Of a DNA stretch of 54,181 nucleotides, positions 19,724 through 30,557 are shown piece after piece. The DNA is from Fibrobacteria bacterium (lineage in GTDB: Bacteria; Fibrobacterota; Fibrobacteria; UBA11236): positions 1 through 54,181 of the forward strand of contig JAYTHY010000125.1 of assembly GCA_043732185.1 (NCBI GenBank). Direction: 5' to 3'. The position numbers and the translations under genes are program-made. Every line of letters starts with the position of its first letter. Position 1 is the first letter of the stretch. A model generated the notes under the pieces. The model saw only the letters and a list, made by a program, of their open reading frames with translations, had not been told where the DNA came from and searched no databases.

Positions 19724-20650
19724 TTATTTGTGCCCAGCGTCATCGGGGACTTTTTGATTCAGCCATTCTATAGCACCTTTAGACTTGCGCCAGGCCTCAA
19801 TCCCGTGGATGGCATAGGTTTCCGCCTCCTCCCGGGAGCCGGGACTGGCCATTTCCGGCGCTTGTTTGGGTAATTTTATGCGTTTGAGAAGGAAGGCGGG
19901 AACGTGGGGATTCGCATCCACGGCCTTGGCCAAACTGGCTCCCACTGATCGGACGGGGCCTAATCGACGGAATTGGCAGAGCGCTTGAGTATAACAGAAT
20001 GCTGCGGAGGAATCCTCAGGGTAACTTGCAAGTAACGTTTCGATTTCCTCATAGTCTTTAGATTTCAGTAAGCATTCGAGGAGAATATACCTAACGCCTT
20101 GGTTGTCGTTAGAATTGAGTCGCAACATTTCCCGCATATTGTCCAGGGCTTCGGGAATTTTTCCCAGGTCGCGAAGGCACATTGCGATACCGAGTCTGGC
20201 GCGCATATAGGGACGGGTTTCCATGACGCCCCAAAAATGACCGGCCCCGTTTTCGAGGAGGGAGGAAGGTAAGGTACGCGCGGCGGCTTTCAGGGCTTTC
20301 TGATAGAGCGCCAGCGCGCTGGGCGCGGATTTAGCCTCCGCTTCAGCTAGGATGACATACGCATCGGCACAGTTTTTGGAAAGCTCAAGGGCGCGGTGCG
20401 CCAGCTTTATTTTTTCAGGGCCTTGTGTGTTCCAGGCTTCATAGATTAGACTCTGCGCCTCATCCCATGGATCCAGAACATCGGAAAGCGGCGACGTCGC
20501 ATCACCAAACTCTTTTTCCAAAAAGGCTTCCAGATCGGCGTCGGAATGGAAATCCCGCTTGCCTAAAATCTGGCTGAGAGAGGGAATGCCTTCATCCTTG
20601 GCTTCCCTTTTATCTTTGGCGGATTTCTTTTTTTGCATCCCATCTCCCAT
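19724..20650 (-). CDS. Tetratricopeptide-repeat protein
   Basis: AQSLIYEAW, CADAYVILAE, FWGVMETRPYMRAR and LRLNSNDNQGVRY form a recognisable conserved TPR family of unknown function. Confidence 0.8.
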   Translation of the reverse strand: MGDGMQKKKSAKDKREAKDEGIPSLSQILGKRDFHSDADLEAFLEKEFGDATSPLSDVLDPWDEAQSLIYEAWNTQGPEKIKLAHRALELSKNCADAYVILAEAEAKSAPSALALYQKALKAAARTLPSSLLENGAGHFWGVMETRPYMRARLGIAMCLRDLGKIPEALDNMREMLRLNSNDNQGVRYILLECLLKSKDYEEIETLLASYPEDSSAAFCYTQALCQFRRLGPVRSVGASLAKAVDANPHVPAFLLKRIKLPKQAPEMASPGSREEAETYAIHGIEAWRKSKGAIEWLNQKVPDDAGHK

Positions 20651-20715
20651 GAGGTCGTCTTCCTGGAGCCAGGTGGTTCAAGGTTCAGGAAAAGTATTAG
20701 TAAATCTACCGGCGG

Positions 20716-23100
20716 TCAAAGGGTTGGCCGAGCCTCAATTTCGACAATCAGCGGCAAATGATCGGATGCCAATCTGGCCAGATGCGTACGGGGAACTTGA
20801 GCCTGTAAAATTTTTATTTCTCGGCTGCAAAAAACATGATCGATTCGACTAACCGGGTAACGGCCTGGAAAAGTATTACGGGTTTTATGTCCCTCCGCGG
20901 ACTCCTGGGCGCAATATAAATTTTCCGTCAAAGTACGGAAGACGGCCGAGGAAGGAACCGCATTGAAGTCTCCGAGCAATACCGTAGGGGTACCACCTGG
21001 AATACCCCCCAGCCATTGCTCACCCAACAATGCCCCGACTTGCTTTTGTCGCTCCAAGGAAAAAAGACCCAGATGCGTATTCACCAGATGGAACCGAGTT
21101 CCCAATGCTTCCACCGTTACCCATATCGCGCCACGAATCTCCTTGCCTTGGCCATGCAAAGTGGGCAGATCGCCCGCCTTGATGAATTGCATGGGATGCA
21201 TGCTGAGAATGGCATTTCCAAATTCATCTTGTTGCATGACCATGTCCGCCGGATACAAGTAAGTCTCCTGCAATTCTTTGGCGATGGCGTGTAATTGAGC
21301 ACCTTTTATATCGCCATAACATTCTTGCAGGGCAACCACATCCGGGTCATACTGGGCGATGACGCGCGCAATTCTGGAAGTGGAGACTTTACCGTCCATT
21401 CCCGCACAGCCATGCACATTGTAAGTCATAACCCGGAGTGAATTCCTGACTTCGGTTTTCCGAGCGGAAGGTGGATAGGTGACTGAGGCGGAGCGTTGAC
21501 CACGTAAATGCTTGGCAGCCTCCCGGATATGCGCATACCGCAGGGGAGTGTCCGTATCGAAAATGGGCGCGCTTAAAGGGAAAAGTCCGAAAGCCCGCGT
21601 CTCTTCAAATCCCGGCCCACCATGCGCGCCATTTTCCCAAACAAAAGTGATTGGACGGTCGTGCACTCTCCAACCGCTGATGACGAAATCTCCGGCATTC
21701 TCATGGTGACACGCTTTGACCAAATCCTGGGCACAGTCATGAGGAAAGGGATGGGCGGCTCCCAAAACTTTCACAGCATCACGTGGCAATTCGAATTGGC
21801 CCGCCGTGGTAAACGCCATCGCTTTGTCAGGACCTTCTGGATAAAGCACCATGGGAATTTTGGCAATGGAAACCAACTTACGGGCTAGACTGATGCGCGA
21901 ATTCTCGGCAAGACCCTCCGGCAAGTAAATGTGTCCAAAAGGTCCCGTGGCGATGACGGTGGAAGATTGGTCCTCTTGCTTGACTTCCGTGCCGCCACTG
22001 CCTGTGCGCCTCAAGAGAAAGCTTTCGGCGCGATTGCCAAACGTCTGCTCGCTGCGTACGCGTGGAGTGCGCCGCAATGCCTGGGAAGCGTTTACCGGTT
22101 TCCCAAGCACTTCCGCTACCGCTTCATCCAACGTACGGTGATTCTCACGGGCATACGGGACCGCACTTTCCTGACCATGATCGGAATAAATCCATACATC
22201 ATAATCACGACGGTCGGCACGATGCGCCGCTTTCCACAGACGCTGAATGCAATTGTCGATCCCGCGAAGCGAAAAATGCGCGAACTTGGAGGACGGTCCG
22301 CGCCGGTGCGCTTGTTCGTCGTAACCAACGTAGTTGACATGGACGATAGGCAGGCTGCGAGCCACGTCCATGCAGGCTTCCACCGTGATGAGCTCACGCA
22401 GTCCCACACATACCAGCACGCGCGAGAAAACGAATAAAAGTTCCTGCCGAATTTCATGTCGGGCGATGGCGCCCCGCACGGAATCGCTGCAGGCCACCAC
22501 AAATTCCAGCCCCAACAATCCCAGAAGACGAACTAAACTGCCGATATTCCAAACCAGAACCGCCAGAAAGCCTAATGGATTGGCGTGCTTGAGTAAGGTT
22601 CCGGCGCCAAGTCCCGAAGCACAAAAGTGTGACTCCGCCGCACCACCGGAATACAAATTTGAATACGCGCTCCCGCCGGCCAAAATTCCTTCGCCCTTGG
22701 CCGCCGAATCCATTTCAACCCGTAACGCGCATTCCGGCATGAGCATTTTCATGTAACGGCCGGATTTCCGCTCACGATACGCATAAGCGGGAACTGCGCC
22801 CGGAACGCCATAAAAAAGTTCCGCTTGGGCTGCGGCCGTGGTTGAGGGAATACCTGAATAAATAGTGCGGAGTCGATAGCCTTCGCGTTTTTGAAGCTTG
22901 CGCAGAAAAGGCATCTGGCCGCGCTTCAAAGCTTTCTCAAGTTGGGTTCGGGACAAGCCGTCGATTTGAATGAGCACCAAACCGCGCTCAGTAGAGGCAG
23001 CACCTTTGGGCAGGCCAAGAAACCGCAACGACCATTCGCTGCGACTGAGCCAGCGCCTTATTTTCCGGAGATTAAATTCCAATATGTGAATCAACCGCAC
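20716..23100 (-). CDS. Alkaline-phosphatase-superfamily domain fused to endonuclease/exonuclease/phosphatase (EEP) domain
   Basis: N-half IQIDGL, PSTT, YDEQAH, YSDHGQ, GAHGG. C-half MTYNVH, VALQE, GDFN, RIDH, ASDHLP. Confidence 0.88.
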   Translation of the reverse strand: MRLIHILEFNLRKIRRWLSRSEWSLRFLGLPKGAASTERGLVLIQIDGLSRTQLEKALKRGQMPFLRKLQKREGYRLRTIYSGIPSTTAAAQAELFYGVPGAVPAYAYRERKSGRYMKMLMPECALRVEMDSAAKGEGILAGGSAYSNLYSGGAAESHFCASGLGAGTLLKHANPLGFLAVLVWNIGSLVRLLGLLGLEFVVACSDSVRGAIARHEIRQELLFVFSRVLVCVGLRELITVEACMDVARSLPIVHVNYVGYDEQAHRRGPSSKFAHFSLRGIDNCIQRLWKAAHRADRRDYDVWIYSDHGQESAVPYARENHRTLDEAVAEVLGKPVNASQALRRTPRVRSEQTFGNRAESFLLRRTGSGGTEVKQEDQSSTVIATGPFGHIYLPEGLAENSRISLARKLVSIAKIPMVLYPEGPDKAMAFTTAGQFELPRDAVKVLGAAHPFPHDCAQDLVKACHHENAGDFVISGWRVHDRPITFVWENGAHGGPGFEETRAFGLFPLSAPIFDTDTPLRYAHIREAAKHLRGQRSASVTYPPSARKTEVRNSLRVMTYNVHGCAGMDGKVSTSRIARVIAQYDPDVVALQECYGDIKGAQLHAIAKELQETYLYPADMVMQQDEFGNAILSMHPMQFIKAGDLPTLHGQGKEIRGAIWVTVEALGTRFHLVNTHLGLFSLERQKQVGALLGEQWLGGIPGGTPTVLLGDFNAVPSSAVFRTLTENLYCAQESAEGHKTRNTFPGRYPVSRIDHVFCSREIKILQAQVPRTHLARLASDHLPLIVEIEARPTL

Positions 23101-23189
23101 CCATTTTCCGAAAATCCGTCCGTCCTCAAAATAAACGCTTTTTACCGTCGAGATGCTTTATATATTTTCCAATCTCTAGGCAGGATTAT

Positions 23190-23912
23190 TTGGATACCAC
23201 TTCAATTGTAAATTCCGTGGGCTCAGCTCGCGAACTGGCCTCAACTGGCAGTTTCATGCTCAGCTCCCTCAGCATTATACTCATCAATATCATACTTTCC
23301 GGCGACAATTCCGTGGTTATCGCCATGGCTGTTTATTCGCTGCCCAAGGACAAGCGCACCAAGGGAATTCTCATCGGCACCTCTGGGGCTGTTTTATTGC
23401 GCGTATTCTTTACACTAATCGCTTCCCATTTACTGGAAGTCCCCTTTCTCAAACTAGTGGGCGGCGCGCTCATTTTGTGGATCGCGGTAAAGCTACTCCT
23501 GGAAGAAAGCCAAGCTGCGGAATCGGGCAAGAAGATCGAATCCATTTGGCATGCCGTCTGGATTATTTTAGTGGCCGATTTCACCATGTCCTTGGACAAT
23601 GTTCTTGCGGTAGCCGGTGTGTCGCACGGAAATGTTTTGCAGCTCTGGCTGTCCCTGGGATTCAGTATTCCACTGGTGATATTTGCCAGTACGCTGCTTG
23701 CCAAGCTCATGGATAAATACCCCTTCATCCTTATAGCCGGAGCAGCCTTGCTCGGCAAAGTGGGCGGGGAGATGATTTTTACCGATCCCGCCATTCAGAA
23801 TTGGTTTAAGGTGGAGGCGAAATGGCTGGAGTGGACATTTGAAGCCATTTGCGCAGCCAGCGTCCTCTTACTTTCTACTTGGATTAAAAGTCGCCATCCA
23901 AAAGAAAGCTGA
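23190..23912 (+). CDS. TerC family (YjbE-like) membrane protein
   Basis: IILINIILSGDNSVVIAMA and ADFTMSLDNVLAVAG motifs. Confidence 0.92.
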   Translation: MDTTSIVNSVGSARELASTGSFMLSSLSIILINIILSGDNSVVIAMAVYSLPKDKRTKGILIGTSGAVLLRVFFTLIASHLLEVPFLKLVGGALILWIAVKLLLEESQAAESGKKIESIWHAVWIILVADFTMSLDNVLAVAGVSHGNVLQLWLSLGFSIPLVIFASTLLAKLMDKYPFILIAGAALLGKVGGEMIFTDPAIQNWFKVEAKWLEWTFEAICAASVLLLSTWIKSRHPKES

Positions 23913-23916
23913 CAGA

Positions 23917-26559
23917 TTATTCGTGGGTGGCGACCTTAGGGCAGAGCACTTCCAACATCCACGGAAGAATCGTGAACATCACCACGAGACCCGTACCGAT
24001 GCCTAATGTAGCCATAAAGCCAATCGTCTGCATGCCCTTATGGGAAACAAAACACAGACCCAAAAATCCGAAGGCATTGTTCAACGTGCCCGTTAAAACT
24101 GCGGAGCCAGTGGTACGATACAGCTCCACTATGCGGCCAGCTCCCAATTCGCATCTCCGGTGGTAGAGGTGAATAACCGAATCAACGGATACCGATAAAA
24201 TGGTAGGCAGCACGACCAAGTTGTACATGCCCAACTTGAGTCCCATGAGTCCCATCAGTTCAAAGGTCCAATAAGAAGACAGCGCCACAAAACCACAGCT
24301 AATAGCCACACCACGCCAGGAACGCATGTCCAGCCAGGTAATGAGAATCAGGAAAAGAAAAGTGACAATGGCTAAGGGCAATCCATCACCTTTGACCATG
24401 CGGACTACATCGGCATAGATGAATCCACTGGAAGCCACTTGAACCGGTCCCGTGGACGAGGGAACCGTACCGAACCGCCTTTGGAACTTGCCGCTTTCCT
24501 CTGCATCACTCTCGCGCAGCTCACCATAGAGATATCCAAATTTTCCTTTGGACCCGTCAGCTTCCGTTAGAAACCGTTGCGTCCAAGTGGGCAAGGAGTC
24601 GAAAGAAAACCCTCCCGGTTCCAAATACCGGCGCAAAAGCTCCAAGTCCGTGCGCGTAGAGCTGTCTACCCTATCAAGCGCGCGTGCGTCGAGCATCCCT
24701 TTGATTTCTCCGAGCACTTTGAGGCGCTTAACTTGTTGTTCCGAGGCGGGTACAAAGGATTGGATGGTGGCAAAGCTTTTCATCATCGTATCGGCGGGGT
24801 TACCGTACCGACTAGCAAGGGAATCATGGACGGAACGCATCTGTTCTTCACTCTGCCCCAGGATGATGGAGGGCGAAGTGTTACGACCGGCTCCCACAGC
24901 GCGGCCATAACTAATGCCCGCGCTGGTGCTCTTGCCGCGAAGGTTGCGGAAGTCGTTCTCGAAATGAACCTGAGGAGAAAAACTAATCGCAACGGTAAAA
25001 AGGAAACCGGCCATGGCGACAGCCTTGAGGAAACGAGGCTTAAGCCAGGGAAGATTTGGAAGCAGCTCACCGCCTTGCACCCCGCCTGGGCCGGGCAGTA
25101 GCCATCCAACCACCCTTAGCAGGATAGCTGATTTTGTTTTGCTTTGAATCCATTCGGAAAGGTGAGAGAAGAGAAAAAACAGGGGTGGGATGACCAACCA
25201 AGTGGTGATAAGGGCAAAGGTGATACCGATACTGACCACCACGCCAAATTCTTTGAAGCCTTTGAAATGACCGATTTGCAAACTGAGCATGGCAAAAATA
25301 TTAGTGGCCGCTCCCGCAAGTAAGGACCGGCCGGTGCTGTGCACGGCTTCAATCATCGCTTGCAGCGGGTTTAAGCCTTTTCGGTTTTCTTCCGCCCAGC
25401 GGGAATAAAGGTGTACCGTATACTCGATGCCAAGACCCAGGATAAGCGCAAGAATAAAAGCAGTCAGCAAAGTGAGGCGATGGTAGATAAGATACGTTGC
25501 GCCCGTAGTCCAAGCCATGGCAACCAACAAGGGCACATTGATGAGAAACAAATTGACCACTTTGCGGACAAAAAACCACAGCAATACAATCATGAGTGCA
25601 AAGGAAATAATTCCAGCGGTTACTATATCCGAGCTAACCTGATTGATTTCACTGAAGTTGCGGTAGGCACCGGCAACCTTGGCGATAAGCTGCGAACCAT
25701 ATGCGTCCGGATGCATTGACGCGATAAGAGCCGTGCCCCGCTCGTATATCCCCTTGGCGAAAATAGCATCGGTCGAGGGGTGATTGAGCTGGGCCAAAAC
25801 TACGCCAACCCAAACCTTTTTTTCTTCATGCCACCCCATGAGGCGGCTTTTTAGGCTGTCTGGCCGGGTAGGCGCAACCTCATCCGAACCTTTTGCAGTC
25901 CCCGAACCCACCAGCACCGAAGCCCCAATTGCCGCGGCCCCGCCTACAGGAGAGGCTGTCGAATCATTTTTATGCTTGGTGATCTTGGCAAGCAAGGCGT
26001 CCACCAAATCTTTAGGCAATCCCTGACGGCGCAAGGCCTCCACATTGGGCCAGCCTTTAAGTGTCGGCTTCTCGGCTTCGTCATCCAATGTTTCAATGAG
26101 TGGATTGGCTTTGGCAAAATCGTTGCCTATCATTCCCGATATGCGGTCCCGTAAGTCTTCCAACTGATCGGTAGGCATATACAGCAGTGCATGTTTTTCA
26201 AAGAAGGTTCTATCCTGATCATACTGCGTCCAAACCACTTCCTTCCATTTTGAAAGGGAATCAGAAATGTCCTTCTGGAAGCGTGCCACGGCCTCCGGCG
26301 ATGATGCTTCAAAAGCGACAGTGAAAAGATCGGTGCTTCCCATTCGTTTTTCAGCTTCATGAAGGGCGACCACGGAAGGTGTTCCTTTAGGCAGGAGCAC
26401 GCGCAAATCGGTGTCGATCCGAAGCTTGGCGGAAAAGGTGCTGGCCAGCCAGGTGACAAGCGCCAAGACTAGAATGGGCAGCCAGGGCCTGTTGTAGGCA
26501 AGTGTGACATAGGCTCGCACAGTGCGATACCAGATTCCGGAAGATTGGACTGAATTCAC
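23917..26559 (-). CDS. MMPL/RND family transporter
   Basis: Two repeats of TM plus large extracytoplasmic loop plus five TMs. LRIDTDLRVLLP, ILGLGIEYTVHL and SVSVDSVIHL motifs. Confidence 0.88.
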   Translation of the reverse strand: MNSVQSSGIWYRTVRAYVTLAYNRPWLPILVLALVTWLASTFSAKLRIDTDLRVLLPKGTPSVVALHEAEKRMGSTDLFTVAFEASSPEAVARFQKDISDSLSKWKEVVWTQYDQDRTFFEKHALLYMPTDQLEDLRDRISGMIGNDFAKANPLIETLDDEAEKPTLKGWPNVEALRRQGLPKDLVDALLAKITKHKNDSTASPVGGAAAIGASVLVGSGTAKGSDEVAPTRPDSLKSRLMGWHEEKKVWVGVVLAQLNHPSTDAIFAKGIYERGTALIASMHPDAYGSQLIAKVAGAYRNFSEINQVSSDIVTAGIISFALMIVLLWFFVRKVVNLFLINVPLLVAMAWTTGATYLIYHRLTLLTAFILALILGLGIEYTVHLYSRWAEENRKGLNPLQAMIEAVHSTGRSLLAGAATNIFAMLSLQIGHFKGFKEFGVVVSIGITFALITTWLVIPPLFFLFSHLSEWIQSKTKSAILLRVVGWLLPGPGGVQGGELLPNLPWLKPRFLKAVAMAGFLFTVAISFSPQVHFENDFRNLRGKSTSAGISYGRAVGAGRNTSPSIILGQSEEQMRSVHDSLASRYGNPADTMMKSFATIQSFVPASEQQVKRLKVLGEIKGMLDARALDRVDSSTRTDLELLRRYLEPGGFSFDSLPTWTQRFLTEADGSKGKFGYLYGELRESDAEESGKFQRRFGTVPSSTGPVQVASSGFIYADVVRMVKGDGLPLAIVTFLFLILITWLDMRSWRGVAISCGFVALSSYWTFELMGLMGLKLGMYNLVVLPTILSVSVDSVIHLYHRRCELGAGRIVELYRTTGSAVLTGTLNNAFGFLGLCFVSHKGMQTIGFMATLGIGTGLVVMFTILPWMLEVLCPKVATHE

Positions 26560-26801
26560 CTTGGGCCTTTCGATGTTGCGGCTAACCGCTCAGCCTGATC
26601 ACGGAGCTGCGGCGGCGGCTTGCAATTCTAGGTGCATTATACCTTAGACTGCATTGCGCGTCCAATATAGCAAGCGATAGGTAAACGTGGAAATCCGCTG
26701 GAAAAGCGGGGCTTTTTTTTATCATTACCTCGGGAATCGGGGTCGTAGCCATGGGAATCGAAATATTGAATCAACTTGGGTCGGAAAGAGGTATTTGACG
26801 C

Positions 26802-27770
26802 ATGGACGGCATTCGCGGATACTTGATCCAGTCTGATAAAACGTGCACCAAGGTGGAAACCTTATCTGTATTAGAGAGGGCCACTGCGCCGGATACAAAA
26901 CTCCTTTGGCTCGATATTGAAGGGGACCTGACCGCAGAAGCGGAAACGGAACTAACTCGATTGCTGGGTTGGCATCCCATTGTGCTGGAAAATTTTCATC
27001 TGGCCAGCTCTCGGCCGAAGCTGATCAATTTCGACCGTTACAGCCAGGTAACCTTTCATGCATTGAATCTTGGCGGCCCCAGGGATGAAAGCCGGACCAT
27101 TGAAATCGACTTTGTACTCGCAAAGTCCTACCTCGTGACGTATCATAAACACCCCGTACTCAGCATTGAATCCACTCTTCAAGATCTGGAAGCCGGGCTG
27201 CTGCGCGTCGCGCCAGATGAATTGCTGTACCATATTGTTTCCAGACTCATCGACAAGTACGTGCCCGCCCTCGAAAACAAAAAAGACCTGATTACGGTTT
27301 TGGAAGAGGAAGCACTTTATTCACCTGGATCCGACCTCCTGGAACGCATCGTCTTTTTAAGGGATGAGATCATCGAACTGGGACTTGCGCTCAATCCCCA
27401 GCAGATGATCCTTACCCAGATGGCCACGGGCGTTTGCCGACATATTCGGCCTTTCATTCGGCCCTATTTCCGGGATGCGGAAAACCGAATGCGAAATCTT
27501 ATCGACGAACAAAACAGTTACAAGGAAATCCTCGCAAATACCTTGGAGCTCTACCGTTCCGCCATGTCTTCTAGGACCAATGACACCATGAAGGTATTGA
27601 CAGCGATGTCCGCCATGTTTCTGCCACTCACGTTTTTAACTGGATTATTCGGCATGAATGTCAGCCTGCCCTTAACGTCCCATCACCATGCTTTTCTCGC
27701 CATCATTACCCTATGCCTGATGAGTTTTGTGGCCATGATCGCCTACTTCAAAATCAAATCCTGGTTTTAA
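26802..27770 (+). CDS. corA: CorA family Mg2+/Co2+ transporter
   Basis: WLDIEG, RPKL, MKVLT..FLPLTFLTGLFGMNV signature, C-terminal YFKIKSWF. Confidence 0.9.
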   Translation: MDGIRGYLIQSDKTCTKVETLSVLERATAPDTKLLWLDIEGDLTAEAETELTRLLGWHPIVLENFHLASSRPKLINFDRYSQVTFHALNLGGPRDESRTIEIDFVLAKSYLVTYHKHPVLSIESTLQDLEAGLLRVAPDELLYHIVSRLIDKYVPALENKKDLITVLEEEALYSPGSDLLERIVFLRDEIIELGLALNPQQMILTQMATGVCRHIRPFIRPYFRDAENRMRNLIDEQNSYKEILANTLELYRSAMSSRTNDTMKVLTAMSAMFLPLTFLTGLFGMNVSLPLTSHHHAFLAIITLCLMSFVAMIAYFKIKSWF

Positions 27771-29007
27771 AGGGAAGATTTTTTTCCAGGCAGTAGCAAA
27801 GCTGCGCGTACACTGTTCTATAGCTCTGAGCGTCAGACGCAGATTTAAGAATCCGTTCGGCCAAGTTTCCCTCCGAAAAAATGAGATTCAGCGCAGGGGC
27901 AAAGACCTCATCCGCAGCCTTTAAATACAGGGGTCGAGCGGCATGTGCAAAGGCTTTATCGGTCAAAACGCGGAGCACGTCCCGGACGGTAGCACCGGTG
28001 TTGGCCTCTTCCAATCCGAATGCGCCGCTTGGAAAATCTTCCGGCACTTTAGCGGCCATGCCGTAACGGGCGCTATCCAAGAACAGGGATTTGAGTAGGC
28101 CTGCAGGCACTTTGCGGTGGATGGCCAAAAAATCGGATTCGCTATCGAGCATTAGAGTCAATACGGAAACGACCCAGTGGCAAAGGGCCACGTCAGCGAG
28201 AGGCCGCTCCTGCGTGTCCAAACATCGGATCTCAATGGCACTTCTATCAAATCGTGCTATTGCCGCGCGGGAATTGAGCCATTCATGGGCCAGAATTCCG
28301 TCTGGGTCCAGGGGACGTATAGCCTTATACATGGGGGCTAAAATAACCTCGCGATATTCTTCTTCACTGCCAATCGGTTCCGGAATGATGTCTCCAATAA
28401 TGGCCGGCAGTCTGCGCTGATTGCCGATATAATGGAAAAGCCTTCCATCCAGCCAGCCGTTATGTGCTCCTGCGAATACAGGGCTGGCCGCTGCCAGTGC
28501 CGGTAGCAAAGGCAGCAAAAGACTGATGGCATTGTGCAATCTGGAAAACTCGCGGTCGTTGGCGAAAGGAAGATTAAGATGCACGCTCTGAATATTGAAC
28601 CATCCATGTCCCCGACAGCCGAAAATCCGATCGTAATTCTGGTAGATGGGGCTGTCCGCATGGGGCCATAATGTGGACTCTTTAGCTGGATCCATAAAGG
28701 GATGCATTCCTGTAGGCATCAGCCGAGCATTCCACCCAGCCAATACTTGATTGACCTTTTTTATTGCAGCTGAAAAGTCACGGGCTTGTGCAGCCAAGTC
28801 CACGGCCGGTTCCCGGCACTTGATCTCCAATACATGAGCGGCCAATTCATTGTCCGCTTCCACATTGCCGAACACTGCCTGTAAATTGGATTTTCCTTCC
28901 AAGGCCGACATAAGGCGATCAACGGAAGCGTCAACCGCCATCGTGTTACCATGCACGACGGCATATTCTATTTCAATTCCAAATACTGAGAAAAGCGGGT
29001 AAGCCAA
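27754..29007 (-). CDS. Glutamate-cysteine ligase family 2 (GCS2) carboxylate-amine ligase
   Basis: FGIEIEY, NELAAHVLEIK, PTGMHPFMDP, HGWFNIQSVHLNLPF and WLNSRAAIARFDRSAIEIRCLDTQE motifs. Confidence 0.88.
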   Translation of the reverse strand: MAYPLFSVFGIEIEYAVVHGNTMAVDASVDRLMSALEGKSNLQAVFGNVEADNELAAHVLEIKCREPAVDLAAQARDFSAAIKKVNQVLAGWNARLMPTGMHPFMDPAKESTLWPHADSPIYQNYDRIFGCRGHGWFNIQSVHLNLPFANDREFSRLHNAISLLLPLLPALAAASPVFAGAHNGWLDGRLFHYIGNQRRLPAIIGDIIPEPIGSEEEYREVILAPMYKAIRPLDPDGILAHEWLNSRAAIARFDRSAIEIRCLDTQERPLADVALCHWVVSVLTLMLDSESDFLAIHRKVPAGLLKSLFLDSARYGMAAKVPEDFPSGAFGLEEANTGATVRDVLRVLTDKAFAHAARPLYLKAADEVFAPALNLIFSEGNLAERILKSASDAQSYRTVYAQLCYCLEKNLPFKTRI

Positions 29008-29033
29008 ACTAAGGTTCCGGATTTAGGCGAAGA

Positions 29034-30557
29034 CTATCCGCCCACCTGCATCTTTAAAATTTTCATGGCGACCAACGGTGAGGTAACATCCTTTTCTTTC
29101 CGTGCCTTCAGCTTGTCGATGCGGTTGGCAAACTCTTCCATAATGGTATTGTAAAGCGTGTCCTTGAGCACTTCGTCTTCAACACCGGATTCAATGTTGG
29201 GATTGTCATTCACTTCCACCACATAGGGCTTGTTACCCACAACTTTGAGATCCACTCCGTACAATCCATCGCCGATGAGCTTGGCGGCCTTAAGCGCAGT
29301 GTTGATGATGATTGGCTCCACTTGGGAGACGGCATAAGTTTGATGGCTCCCTTCACCGGCCTTGCCGACCTTATGGTGGTTGATGATTTGCCAATGGTTG
29401 CGGGACATGAAATATTTACAGGCGAATAACGGTTTGCCGTTGAAGATGCCGATGCGCCAGTCAAAGGGCGTGGGCATGAATTCCTGGGCGACGAGATAGT
29501 CCGATCGCTTGAAATATTCCTTGCATACGGATGCCAATTCACCTGGATCTTCCACCTTGACCACACCGCGGGAAAAAGAACCATCGGGAATTTTAATGAT
29601 GATTGGAAACGAAAACTGGTCGTAGATATAGGAGACGTTGTCTTCGCTTACAATAAAGGTCTTGGGTCTGGGAATGCCTTCCCGCTTGAATAGCTCATTC
29701 AGAAATATCTTGTTGGTGCAGTACAGGATGGACTTGGGATCGTCGATGACGATCATCTTTTCCTTTTCGGCCTTTTTGGCAAAGCGGAAGGTGTGATGAT
29801 CTATCGACGTGGTCTCGCGAATGAACAGGCCGTCAAACTGGGGCAAATGGGCGAAGTCCTTTTTCTCAATGGTCTCCACTGAAAGTCCGGCGATTTTTCC
29901 GGCCTTGATGAATTTCTGAATGGCCGAATCATTGGAGGGCGAAAAGCGCTCTTGCGGATTGTGCAGGATGGCGAGATCGTACCTTTCGGAATTGCTTTGC
30001 CGTTTATTTCCCCATTTGTGCACGCCGTATTCCACCAGTGCTTCCAGAAACACGCCAATGTGCGAATCTGGGATACTGTTGATGGACATGGATTTGATGG
30101 AGGTCAATATCCATTGCTTCTCCCGGCGGAAATAAACCTTGAAAAACGGACTGGGAAAAACATTGAAGAACATGCGTGAAAGTTTTTCGTATTTCTTGGA
30201 TACGTTTCTTCCGAAATAAACCGACAGTTCATACTTGTTATCGGTAATATTCGCCAAATCCTTTTGGATTTGTGCGTTCAAATCATCCGTTTCAATGAGG
30301 TAGAATTCCTTTTTCGACAAGGCCTGCATGGTGGAGATATTGGGAATCACCTTGTGATTGCGCGCTTCCGCAACCAAGGAAACATAATAGCCCGAGCCCA
30401 AGTAGCCATAGTTATTGGCCAGGTTGATTATTTTAAGCGGCCGCAAATCCTGCCATTCGTTGCCGAACAGATAATCGTTCACACTGATGAATTCGATTTG
30501 CGGCACCCGTTTTTTCCAGTGCCTCACATTTTCAACTACGCATATATTTCTAATCAT
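29034..30557 (-). CDS. RimK-family ATP-grasp ligase with N-terminal RLAN-type domain
   Basis: YLGSGYYVSLVAEARNHKVIP, DGLFIRETT, KIPDGSFSRGV, QEFMPTPFDWRIG, YGVDLK and EVNDNPN motifs. Confidence 0.92.
   Translation of the reverse strand: MIRNICVVENVRHWKKRVPQIEFISVNDYLFGNEWQDLRPLKIINLANNYGYLGSGYYVSLVAEARNHKVIPNISTMQALSKKEFYLIETDDLNAQIQKDLANITDNKYELSVYFGRNVSKKYEKLSRMFFNVFPSPFFKVYFRREKQWILTSIKSMSINSIPDSHIGVFLEALVEYGVHKWGNKRQSNSERYDLAILHNPQERFSPSNDSAIQKFIKAGKIAGLSVETIEKKDFAHLPQFDGLFIRETTSIDHHTFRFAKKAEKEKMIVIDDPKSILYCTNKIFLNELFKREGIPRPKTFIVSEDNVSYIYDQFSFPIIIKIPDGSFSRGVVKVEDPGELASVCKEYFKRSDYLVAQEFMPTPFDWRIGIFNGKPLFACKYFMSRNHWQIINHHKVGKAGEGSHQTYAVSQVEPIIINTALKAAKLIGDGLYGVDLKVVGNKPYVVEVNDNPNIESGVEDEVLKDTLYNTIMEEFANRIDKLKARKEKDVTSPLVAMKILKMQVGG

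Noticed and set aside
23101..23189. yybP-ykoY riboswitch upstream of the TerC gene
   Set aside because: The 89-nt spacer is shared with a divergent gene and shows no recognisable aptamer structure.
26695..26720. Hairpin CCGCT-GGAAA-AGCGG plus T8 upstream of corA as a possible Mg2+ riboswitch or attenuator
   Set aside because: The stem is only 5 bp and separated from the T run, and I see no M-box consensus. An Rfam/Infernal scan would be needed.
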